Below, in pieces: positions 25,641 to 36,254 of a stretch of DNA of 55,413 nucleotides (position 1 is its first letter; each line of letters opens with the position of its first letter). The DNA is taken from NCBI GenBank assembly GCA_963575745.1, contig CAUYUJ010000162.1:62001-117413 (forward strand), read 5' to 3'. Under the pieces are notes generated by a model. The model was not told the DNA's origin. It searched no databases and was given only the letters and a program-made list of their open reading frames with translations. The translations under genes and the position numbers were made by a program. Source of the stretch: Prorocentrum cordatum (Eukaryota).

Positions 25641-25853
25641 CTACAACGCGAAGGCGTCCGCGACGGTCTCGCCCGCCGAGGCCCCGCTCAGGAGCCGTCC
25701 GCCTGGCAGGGCCGCGTCGGCGCGGCCGAGCCCAGGGCCCAGCCTGCCCGCGCCCAGCTCGCCCGCCAGCCAATCGCGCACGCCGGCGAGAGGCGCGCCG
25801 GGCGCCGCCCGCACCCGGCAGCGCTCCACCCCGCCCAGGGTCAGGAAGCGCAC
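25641..25853 (-). CDS. RCC1-repeat protein, exon 2 (putative ubiquitin-like C-terminal domain)
   Basis: Removing the GT...AG insert at 26035-25854 joins ...LDGGA|VRFLTLGGVERC... in frame through to the TAG stop. Confidence 0.75.
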   Translation of the reverse strand: MRFLTLGGVERCRVRAAPGAPLAGVRDWLAGELGAGRLGPGLGRADAALPGGRLLSGASAGETVADAFAL

Positions 25854-26035
25854 CTCGCCAGCAAGGAACGGATCCTCCAGCTTTCCGCTTTGACTTTCGC
25901 CTCCCCAGGCCCCCCGCGCGCCCCAGGGCTGTCAGAAAACGGCTCAGGATGAAAGTCTGCTCCAACGGGGGACGGCCTGGGCCCCGGGGTCCAGGACCAG
26001 TTCCCCTCGAGACCCGTTCCCTTCATGCCAAGCAC
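25854..26035 (-). mobile_element. Introner: 182-nt MITE-derived GT-AG intron
   Basis: Imperfect TIRs CTTGGCATGAAGGGAACGGGTCTC / GAGGATCCGTTCCTTGCTGGCGAG with duplicated GTG. The donor GT comes from the TSD and the acceptor AG from the TIR end. Confidence 0.8.
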
Positions 26036-26953
26036 CGCGCCACCGTCGAGCGACGCCTGCAGGAGCAGCGTCGCGCCGACGAGCAGGCGCGCGGTGTACG
26101 TCAGGCCACTGTCCAACGGCGGCACGTTGCACTGGCCGGCGAGATTCAAGCCTAAAGCCACGGCCGTGCCGTCGCTCCTGAGCAGCGCCGTGTGAACGCC
26201 TCCCGCGGCGACCTGCGTGTAGCTCAGGCCACCGTCCAGCGCCGGCACGTTGCACTGGCCGGAGCGATTCCCGCCGAAGGCCACGGCCGTGCCGTCGCTC
26301 TTGAGCAGCGCCGTGTGATCGCCTCCCGCAGCGACCTGCGTGTAGCTCAGGCCACCGTCCAGCGCCGGCACGCTGCACTGGCAGAAGTCATTCGCGCCGA
26401 AGGCCACGGCCGTGCCGTCGCTCCTGAGCAGCGCCGTGTGGGCACTTCCCGCGGCGACCTGCGTGTAGCTCAGGCCACCGTCCAGCGCCGGCGCGTTGCA
26501 CTGGCCGGAGCGATTCAAGCCGAAAGCCACGGCCGTGCCGTCGCTCCTGAGCAGCGCCGTGTGTTCGCCTCCCGCAGCGACCTGCGTGTAGCTCAGGCCA
26601 CCGTCCAGCGCCGGCACAATGCACTGGCCGAGGTCATTCCTGCCGAAGGCCACGGCCGTGCCGTCGCTCCTGAGCAGCGCCGTGTGATAGTTTCCCGCGG
26701 CGACCTGCGTGTAGCTCAGGCCACCGTCCAGCGCCGGCACGTTGCACTGGCCCAAGCCATTCCGGCCGAAGGCCACGGCCGTACCGTCACTCCTAAGCAG
26801 CGCCGTGTAGGCACTTCCCGCGACGACCTGCATATAATTCAGACCACCGTCCAACGCCGGCGCGTTGCACTGGCCGCCGTGATTCGCGCCGAAGGCCACG
26901 GCCGTGCCGTCGCTCCTGAGCAGCGCCGTATAGCCGCCTCCCGCGGCGACCAT
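26036..26953 (-). CDS. RCC1/BLIP-II-type beta-propeller protein, exon 1 (7 x 41-aa repeats)
   Basis: Seven tandem 123-bp repeats of QVAAGxxHTALLRSDGTAVAFGxNxxGQCxxPALDGGLSYT with strong GC3 bias. The ATG at 26953 lies downstream of a relic SL-like motif, although the frame is open upstream to 27145. Confidence 0.9.
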
Positions 26954-27042
26954 TCGTGGGCGCGGTCGGGAAGCCCGGGGGCCCGCGGAGGGGGGCGCGC
27001 GCGGGCTCCTGGGAGCGCTCGGGGCTCCCGGGGGGGCCGCGG

Positions 27043-27064
27043 CTCGAGCCGGAGCGACTTGCGG
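27043..27064 (-). other. Degenerate relic dinoflagellate spliced leader
   Basis: CCGCAAGTCGCTCCGGCTCGAG versus DinoSL CCGTAGCCATTTTGGCTCAAG. All substitutions are transitions, plus one inserted base. It lies ~90 nt upstream of the ATG. Confidence 0.45.
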
Positions 27065-27353
27065 GCAGAGGGGCGGCCCACGGGGCTCCCGCCCCTGGAG
27101 GCCGGCTGGAAGGCGGCGCAAACAAGAAGCAGTGGCTGTGGTCATTTTCCCGTCCCGCAGTCATTCTTCGTTCCCCTCTTTCCCCCCTCCCTCTGCCCCC
27201 CTCCGCGCGTGGCCGAGACACCGCCACGGACCGCACCGAACCGACCGAGCGCCGCCGACGGCGGCGCAGCCCCGGCGCGGCCGCACCGCGAAGACCCCCC
27301 GTGTGGGCGCCTCTGGCCCTGCCCTGCCGCCCTGCCCCTCCTCCCCCCCAGCA

Positions 27354-27892
27354 TTAGGCCGGGCATATCCTCCTACAAATAAGTCGGGCGGGTCCTTCGT
27401 GGGCCCTGGAAACGACGGGGCCTTTTTTTTACCGGTTCCGTTCTGCCGTTTTTTTGCCGGTTCCGTCGCCGTTTTTTGACCGGTTCCGGCTCCGGTTCCA
27501 ATCCTGGAGCCGTTTTTTCGCCGTTTCCGCTCGCCGCTTTTTTACCGTTTCCAGTTTCAAGGGACATTTTTTGGGGAAACGGTGAAAAAACGGCCCTGCC
27601 GTTTCCGGGGCCCACAAAGGGCGGGTCCACCTACAGAGGGATTTTGGGCGAAAATTTGAAAACACTCCGAAAATGCCCCCAAATGCTCAAAGATAGTCAA
27701 AAATAGTCCCCGGGACTATTTTTTCAGATCTTTGAATATCCCCCCTGTAGAGGGACGGGCCCGACTTAATCCTACAGGCGGACGGGGGCGGAAATATTTA
27801 AGAATACCCTAACATAGTCAACAAAGCGTCCCCAGACTATGTTTTACCATCTTTCTGAACATTCCTCCTGTGGAGGGACAGGCCCGCCTTAA
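27354..27892. mobile_element. Triple-nested MITEs: family A > family A (27379-27769) > 10-bp-TSD TIR element (27396-27618)
   Basis: TSDs CCCCAGCA/CCCCAGCA, TCCTACAA/TCCTACAG and GGGCGGGTCC/GGGCGGGTCC. Innermost TIR ttcgtgggccctggaaacgacggggcc / ggccctgccgtttccggggcccacaaa. Confidence 0.92.
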
Positions 27893-28296
27893 CCCCAGCA
27901 TGCTTTTGCCGCCGCTCGGACGTCCATGTGTCTCGCGCAGGCGTCGATTCTCGCGCGCTGATTCTTCTGCGAATGCGACCCGCGATGCTCCTCAAATGGT
28001 CCCCGCCGATGTCTATACATACATAAACATACTATATACATGTAGATATGTGTGTATACATATATATATATATGTGTTTGAGATCTTTTTCATTTTAAAA
28101 AATGGACAAATCCGAGCGATGCCACCAAGTACGGGGAGACCGACAGGTGCCCCTGCCGCTGCTCCCCGGGCCTCTCCCGGGGAGCCTTCGGACCGGGCGG
28201 GCCTTCGAGGCGAATATCCAGCGGCGGCGACGAGGGCCTCCCGGGAGGCCCCCCAAAAAAGGGGAAACCGATGCATGGGCAGCTGTGCCAGTACAG

Positions 28297-28473
28297 TTAA
28301 ATCGGGCGTGTCTCCCTACAGGGTGATTTACGACGAGAAATTCAAAACAGTCAAAGACTATGCCCTCAAATGATCCCCAAATGGCCCAAAGAAGATTCAC
28401 AAAAATAGTCCCCAGACTAGTTGTTTTGACTATTTTTGAAAATTCTCCCTGTAGAGGGATAGGCCCGACTTAA
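28297..28473. mobile_element. MITE family A
   Basis: ttaaatcgggcgtgtc ... aggcccgacttaa. Flanks CAGTACAG/AGGTACAG. Confidence 0.85.
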
Positions 28474-31317
28474 AGGTACAGTCGGAACGCATACGAGAGG
28501 ATCCGCGACAGGACACGAGACTCTTCCGACGGCAACATGGCATCCAACATGCACCAGACACAAAGAAACCCTGCTGAGGCCGCGACAGCGGTCACCCGCG
28601 GCCGACCCGCAGTCCGAACACGCAGAGGACATGAGAAGGGATGGACAGGACACAAGAATACCCTTGCTTTTGCAGGGTCGACCTGCCAATGCGCGCGGAC
28701 TGCACCCATCAGTCGGAAGAAGTAGGTAGAAACATGACGCAGGAAGGCGGACAAAGCAGATTGGGTTCGGGCCCGCATTGAGAGTAACAGACGCAGCAAA
28801 AGCACATCGATTCTCGAAGTAGGAAGGCGCTTGAAGTACATTACCTACTCCCAACGACCAGCGTATACCCCGTCCTCCTCTGCACCATCAAATTCGGGGA
28901 TGGACAGACGTCCCTTTAGTAAAACGTGGTTTAGTGAAAACGACCTGAGGCCCAAAACCTGGCGGGCGCATGCCTGGCAAGCTGACGGCCGCGGCGCCCT
29001 CTCGAGAACCGAAAACGGACAATCCACTGATCGACGTGTCACTGTTGGGGGTTCTGTCCACCCCCGAACATTACCTACTCTCAACGACCAGCGTATACCC
29101 CGTCCTCCTCTGCGCCATCAGATATGCCACCCTCGCGCTGCATCCCCGCGGGGTGCCGACGAGGCCGAACTCCCCAGGCGCAGGCGGGCGCCCCGAGCAA
29201 GCGCCGCATGCCCACGCGCGCCGGCGTCTGTCTTCCGAGACCGACAAGGAACTCAGCCTCTTCCTCCTCTGATCGGGGGGAGGAGAAGGAGGAGGAGGAG
29301 GAGGAGGAGGAGGAGGAGGAGAAGGAGGAGGAGGAGGAGGAGGAGGGGGGGAATGAGAAGGAGAAGGCCTTCTCAGAAGGCGGCAGCACTCTTCAGAATC
29401 CCTCGCGCCTCCCGAGAAGTGGTATACACACTCTGGGGAAGCTCAGGAACCTCCTCACGAGGCTGGGGCACTTCCCAGCCATCTGCGAAGGCCTTCTCCC
29501 TCTCACTTCCCCCCCGGCCCGCCGCCGACGAAAGAGACTCTGCTCTCCCTCCCTCCGTAAGCATCTGGCTGCTCCAATGTTTTCGATGTGTGTGCTTCCC
29601 AGGGGCCAGTTATTCGTCCGGAGTATTTTTCTGGACGCTCCCGAGGCCCGGCGAGGGCTCCTGCAGGAGGCCCAAAACTGCAAAAATCCCGCCGCTTCGA
29701 TTTTTGTAAGAGCGTCGGATCGCCGGTGAGGAGGAGGAGGAGGAGCAGCAGCAGCAGCAGCAGGAGAAGGAGAAAAGAATGAGGAGGAAGAGGAGGAAGG
29801 GGAGAGGGAGGGAGCAGACGGTGAAGGAGGAGGAGGAGGAGGAGGAGGCGTCGGACCTCTGAGTCCTCTGAGCCTCCCCGCCCGCCGCGTGCGCGCCTCC
29901 CGCAGGCCGCAGCCCGCGATGGCGCCAAGCCCGCCCGCCACCGCGGACGCGCGTCCCCACCAGCGCGCTCGTGCGCCGCCCGCCACCGCGGCGGCGCGGC
30001 CGCGAGCATCGGCGGCGCGCGCGCTGGCCGCGGGCGCCCCCGCGGCTCACAGAAGGGTAAAAAAACTGCAAAGGGGGGGGGGGGGACGCAGCAGGGGAGG
30101 GGAGAAGAAGAGGGAGGAGGATGGAGGTGAGGGGGGAGGGGGGGGAGGAGGGAGAGGGGGGGAGGGAGGAGGAGGAGGAGGAGGAGGAGGAGGAGGAGGA
30201 GGAGGAGGAGGAGGAGGAGCAGGAGGAAGAGGCGCCCCCCAGGAGGGCACTTCGGCGTGTGGGCGGCACGTTGAGGCTCCTGGGGTGAACTGAAATCCGC
30301 CAAGACGTCGCCTGCGCAGGGGCGGCGCGGCGGGCCAGGAGCGTCGATGCCCTGACGGGCCTGGGACGGCCCCCCCGAACTCTAGCGGGGGTCCCCATGT
30401 GGATCGGGTCTGCCGTCTCAGGTCCCTCGGGGACCTGGCGTTCTGGGGCCGCGAGGGTACCCCCCCCTGGGACGGCGTGGATCTCGGTCCGCGTCGTCCC
30501 GCGGGTACCTGCTCCTGCGGGGGCAAGCTCCAACAACTGTATTGGCCCTCCCGTCACGCGGGCAAGGGTGTGGCCGGGAGGGTCGGTCACGGGCACGGCT
30601 CAAGACGTGGTCCCACCTGACCCCCCTGGGCAAGGGGGTCTGCGGGGGTGGGCCTGGACACCCATGACCTTCCCGCACCGCGTGCCCCGCGCGGTGGCCC
30701 GTTGGGGGTGTCCAGTGTCACCTGGTGCTGGAAAAGCCAGGTAGGCATGGGGGCCGCTCACCTTCGGTGAGTCGGTGCTGCACGTCGTACAGCACATGTG
30801 AGGCCGGCGCCTCGTTCCTTGTCCTTGTTCTCTCTCCTTCTCTCTTCGTTCTCTCTCGGGCCCGGTCGGCGGCGTTGCGGCTGCCATGCTCTAGGGAGTC
30901 GTGGGGGGTGGGCGTTTGGCCCCCTCCGCGTGCGGCGTGACAGACCTGTGTTGCGCGAAGGCTGTGTCGAGGAGGCGGACGAGGAGGCGGAGGAGGAGGA
31001 GGAGGAGGCGGAGGAGGAGGAGGAGGAGGAGGAGGAGGAGGAGGGGAGGAGGAGGAGGAGGAGGAGGAGGAGGAGGAGGAGGAGGAGAGGAGAGGATGAG
31101 GAGGAGGAGGAGAGGAGGAGGAGAGGAGTAGGAGGAGGGAGGGGAGGAGGGAGGGGACGGAGGCACGAGGGGGATGGGAACGAGGGGCAGTGGGGGGAGG
31201 GGAGGGTAGGGATGGGGGAGGGGTTAGAGGGGGAGAGGAAGAGAGGGAGGAGGGTAGAAGGGGCAGAGGGTGAGGGGGGACAGAGGGGGAGGGAGGGACG
31301 GGCGAAGGGAGGAGAGG

Positions 31318-33900
31318 GCAAGCTAGGTGCGCTCGCGTCATATCTGCCGTCGTATCCCTCCCTCCCATCCCTTACCACGGTGTAGATCTCCTCTCGATTC
31401 GCATAATCGGATGTCGTAGCATGACATAGGATTAAATGTCATAGCATAGTGTTGAAGATTAACGCGTAGCATGACGTAGCATGGCGTGGCGACGCCCCAA
31501 AGCGGGGAGAGGGGCTTCGCGGCCCCAAAAAACAACGAACCGATACCAAATGTGTAATCATGTCCGATGGTTTCTTCGGCATGCATGTTTTTCGATTTTG
31601 GGGCCTATATTCGGAAGGACCGAAAACCAGGCCGTGGCATGGCATTGGAAATAATAACGCCAACGCTGTAGCATGGGGCTGGGACCTATTCGAAAGGACC
31701 GAAAACCATGCCGTGGCATGGGGCTGGAAACGCTGACGCCAACGCTGTAGCGGGAGCACGATTCGGAACGAGCGGAAGCGCGGAAATGAGGCCAGCGTTG
31801 CAGCGGGAGCGCGATTCGGAACGAGCGGTAGACCGAAAATGAGGCCAGCGCTTCAGAGGGAGCAGCATTTTGAAAAAGAAACCAAGCGCGGAAGCGCGGA
31901 CATGAGGACACCTAGCCTGACATATCATGGCGTGGTGACGCCCCAAATTTGGGGGGCTTATGCGGTCCAAGAACTCAACGCACAGGCACCGAATGTGTAA
32001 TCACTTCCGATGATTTCTTCGGGGGGTGGCGGACAATTTTCAGAATTCTGGGACCTATTCGAAAGGACCGAAAACCATGCCGGGGCATGGGGCTGGAAAT
32101 GCTGATGCCAACGCTGCAGCGGGAACACGATTCGGAACGAGCGGAAGCGCGGAAATGAGGCCAACGTTGCAGCGGGAGCGCGATTCGGAACGAGCGGTAG
32201 ACCGAAAATGAGGCCAGCGCTTCAGCGAGAGCAGCATTTTGAAAAAGAAACCAAGCGCGGAAGCGCGGACTTGAGGACGCCTAGCCTGACATAGAATGGC
32301 GTGGTGACGCCCCAAAGTGGGTTGGCTTATGCGGCCGAAAAACTCAACGCACCGGCACCGAATGTGTAATCACGTCCGATGATTTCTTCGGGGGGGGGGC
32401 GGGCCATTTTCAGAATTTTGGGACCTATTCGAAAGGACCGAAAACCATGCCGTGGCATGGGGCTGGAAACGCTGACGCCAACGCTGCAGCGGGAACACGA
32501 TTCGGAACGAGCGGAAGCGCGGAAATGAGGCCAGCGTTGCAGCGGGAGCACGATTCGGAGCGAGCGGTGGTCCGAAAATGAGGCCAGCGCTTCAGCGAGA
32601 GCAGCGTTTTGAACAAAAGGCCCAGCGAAAACCGCGTCCCGGGAATCCTGCGTGTACAATAACCAATACACGAAGGGGGGCCGGCCATTCCCCGGACGCC
32701 ACCAGGGGAGAGAGGAGAGTCGTAGTCATGTTGTGTAATTGGGAGGGAGGGGGAGGGGCAGAGGGGAGGGAGGGAGGGGGAGGGTCCAAGCTAGGTGCGC
32801 TCGCGTCATATCTGACATCCTACCACTCCCTCCCATCCCTTACCATGGCGTAGATCCCCTCTCTACTCGCACAGTCGGATGTCGAGCAGGGCAATGATCC
32901 CGAAAGGGTACGCGATGCATTGTAGAGCACGGCATGGCATGGCGTAGAAGAGCACCGCAAAGCGTAGTATGTCACAGCATGGCGTGGCGTGGCGTAGTGA
33001 AGAATTGTATCCCAAAGCTTTGCAACGCAAAGCATGGCATCGCACAGCGGCCCCGAACATAACATTGCATAGCATGGCGTTGAAGATCAAAGCGCAGCAT
33101 TGTATAGCACGACGTGGCACTTAAGCACTGCATAGCACAGCTTCAGCAGAAGGCATGGCATCGCGCAGCGGAACGCAACCTAGCATGGCATTGCATGCCG
33201 TGGCATGGCACGGGAAATGACGCCAGCGCTGCAGCGGGAGCACGATTCGAAACGAGCGGAAGCGCGGAAATGAGGCCAACGCTGCAGCGGGAGCACGATT
33301 GAGAACGAGCGGAAGCACGGAAATGAGGCCAGCGCTGCAGCGGGAGCACGATTCGGAGCGAGCGGTGGTCCGAAAATGAGGCCAGCGCTTCAGCGAGAGC
33401 AGCGTTTTGAACAAAAGGCCCAGCGAAAACCGTTCCCCGGGAATCCTGCGTGTACAATAACCAGTACGCGGAGGGGGGCCGGCCATTCCCCGGACGCCAC
33501 CAGGGGAGAGAGGAGAGTCGTAGTCGTGTTGTGCAATTGGGAGGGAGGGGGAGGGGCAGAGGGAGAGGGAGGGAGGGGGAGGGGCAGAGGGGGGAGCGAG
33601 GGAGGGAGGGGGGCAGGGGCAGGAGGGCCCGGTGCCGTCCCTCAAAAAAAACAAGGGCTGCGCGAGAGGCACGCGGGCAGGGCGCCGCACGGGGAGGGGG
33701 GAGGGGGGGCGGAAAGAGAGAAGAGGGGAAGGAGGGAGAGGGGGAGGGGGGGGGAGGGGAGGGGGAGGGAGAGGGGAGGGGGAGGGAGGAGGGAGAGGGG
33801 GAGGAGAGGAGGGGAAGAGAGAGAGGGGGAGGAGGGCAAGCTAGGTGCGCTCGCGCCGCATCTGACATCCTATCCATGCCGCCCATCCCTCTCCCACTGC
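31318..33900 (+). repeat. Composite tandem repeat with 53-bp subunits
   Basis: Unit head caagctaggtgcgctcgcg at ~31319, 32787 and 33837. Recurring GAAATGAGGCCAGCGCTGCAGCGGGAGCACGATTCGGAACGAGCGGAAGCGCG subunits and GCATG/GCATA pentamer tracts. Confidence 0.9.
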
Positions 33901-34288
33901 GTTGCTGTCCGTGTACGCTGAGGTGTATCACGACTGGCTTGGAGTTCAAGATGACAAGTGTGGGACACCATCGGGAGAGGGGAGATGCATACAGTGGGGA
34001 AGGACGAGGAGAAATTGGCGGATGAGCAAGCGGATGAGCAGGAAGAAAAGGAGGAAGATGAGGACGGAAGAGGACGAGGACGAACAGCAGCAGCAGCACG
34101 GAGTGGACTTCAAGGAACGGGGGGGCAGGAGGACCAGGGGAAGGCGGAGGAGGGACAGGAGAGGGACGGCAACAATGAAGCAAGACTCGGATCCACAAAA
34201 GTGGCGCGCGCTGGGGCGACAGCGCCATGCTGAACGACGGGGAAAAAACCCAACCCGAAATGAGACCCAGGCTGCAGCGGAAACGTAG

Positions 34289-34322
<34 letters not shown>

Positions 34323-35701
34323 TAACTTTTTGGCGATCCGCGCGGATTCTTTGAATCCGCGCTTGACCCCCTCCCTGGCACGCGGAGCGCGCCAGAGGCA
34401 GCGTCGGAGGCGCCGCCAGCGGGCTCCCAGTGCGGATCCGAGAAATCCGCGCGGAGCACCAAACATTTATGTTTATGCCGTTTGTTTCTTCCTCTGCAAC
34501 ACCAGTTTGGAAGGACCGAGAACGATCGAATGGGAAGAGTATCTGACAACAACCAGTTCGGACACGACCTGCGCGCAAGAGACACACTGCGAGGACCGGG
34601 GCGCGCGACTCTCAGATCGTCCTCAGCGGAACGAGAAATCCGCCGACCCTGTCGTCGTGGGTGCAACGTGTTTCCGGTTGCCCGTAGAATCTTACTTCAC
34701 GCATGCTGCGGCCACCGTGGCCCTTGCTCTGGTGTGACGTGTCGCGCAGCCTTGACCCACTCTGAAAGCATGAAACAACTTGACTTGAACCTCTGTTTTC
34801 ACAATTGTCACCCGGTGTATCTTACCACCCCTGCGTTTCCCTCACGAGGCAGCTTCGCCGACCTGGCGCCAACCGCGCCAGGCGAGGAGGGAACTACTGG
34901 GATATATTTAGAACCAACACTTCTGGCCTTCCCAACTCGCAATTGATGTCCTGGTAGCCGCTGGCGCCGCTCCCTTCCGTGATGATGAGCCCCGGGCGCA
35001 AGACAATGTTCTGAGCGGATTTGGTCCAGCCCGCGTCGGCTGCTACTGTTGCGTCCTTGGGGACTGGTCGGATGGACGCACCGAGGGAACTGCCAGCTTG
35101 ACTGCGGAGCGTGACACTCACCTCCTCGGTGTTCTGCATGGTCTTGGCCTGAATCATGGTCTGGGTTTCTATTGTTCCCATCGTTCTTAAGGACTACATT
35201 CCAAAAGTAATTTCGAGCACCCAGAGAGGTATCGAAGCAGTGTCTGCCAGACGCGCTAGCGCAATGTCGGACGAGCATCGCCCCCCAGGGCCCGACACGT
35301 GAAAAAATATATCCAGTGTGGGCGTTTTCGTGGTGCTCAAAGCTCTTTGTGGCGATCAAGGCTAAAGTGAGTTGGGACATCATAGGGCTCACTCACTCAC
35401 TCACTCACTCACTCACTCACGGCGAGTTTGGTCTAGGACCTGAAGCCGTCCCCAGTCCTGCCCCTCCATTGCAGGGAGGCGGGGTCGGTTTTTAAAGGTG
35501 GCGCCACCAACCGAAAAGGGAGACTACCCCAGGAGGCGAGGGAGACACGCTGACGGGGACGACACGGGAGGACAGCAACAACATCATAGGGCTGGGCAGC
35601 CTCTGCATCGCGCGCCGCCTCGGTGCCCTCCTCCAAGCGCTGTGGGTGAGCACCCTCGCCCGTGCTTCGTCCTCACTGGGGCGGGCGTCGTCGGGCCGGT
35701 G

Positions 35702-35945
35702 TTAGGTCGGGCGTGTCCTCCTACACGCGGAGTTTGGACGAAGAATGGGACATGGATGACAGAAAAATCGTCGTCGGGCCAGTGTTAGGTCGGGCATGTC
35801 CTTCGAAAGGGGGGATCTTCGACGAAAAATGACGAATACCCAAACAAAAATTCAAAACTGATACAAAAAATACTCCAGAATCGTCCCCAGACTAGTTTTT
35901 TCTATTTTCAATACTCCTCCTGCAAAGGGCCACGCCCGACTTTGA
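35702..35945. mobile_element. MITE family A with duplicated left end
   Basis: gtcgtcgggcc.gtgttaggtcgggc occurs twice (~35687 and 35770). The single right TIR ends ~35945. Confidence 0.7.
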
Positions 35946-36105
35946 GGGCCACTGCGTGTCGCAGCCGCTCTGCTGCCGTCGCCACTGCTGCTGGTGCTCG
36001 GGGTCGCCGCTGGGAGCCCCACGCCCGGGTGAGCCGCCACGTTCCCGCCGCCCGTGCCGAGGCGAGAGATCCGGCTGGCGAGCAGCCTGCAGCCTGCGCC
36101 TCGCT

Positions 36106-36254
36106 TTAGGTTGGGCATGTCCCCCTACAGGGGGATTTTGGACGAACAATTAAAACATATCCCAACAAGATGCAAAAAAATGCTAGAACATCGTCCCCAC
36201 ACGATTTCTGCTATTTTAGAATTTTCCTCCTGTAGAGGGACAGGCACGACTGAA
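36106..36254. mobile_element. MITE family A with empty paralogous site
   Basis: Flanks GCCTCGCT/CCCTCGCT. Empty site ctgcagcctgcgcctcgctctttcagcc at ~36448. Confidence 0.88.

Noticed and set aside
8662..26953. Diversity-generating retroelement linking the RT to the variable RCC1 repeats
   Set aside because: The RT is a broken LINE type. No template/variable repeat pair was found, and the variation is not adenine-specific.
26192..27382. 396-aa repetitive plus-strand ORF
   Set aside because: Antisense reading of the RCC1 repeats.
31700..33420. CRISPR-like regular repeats
   Set aside because: The 53-bp units abut without unique spacers, there are no cas genes and the context is eukaryotic.
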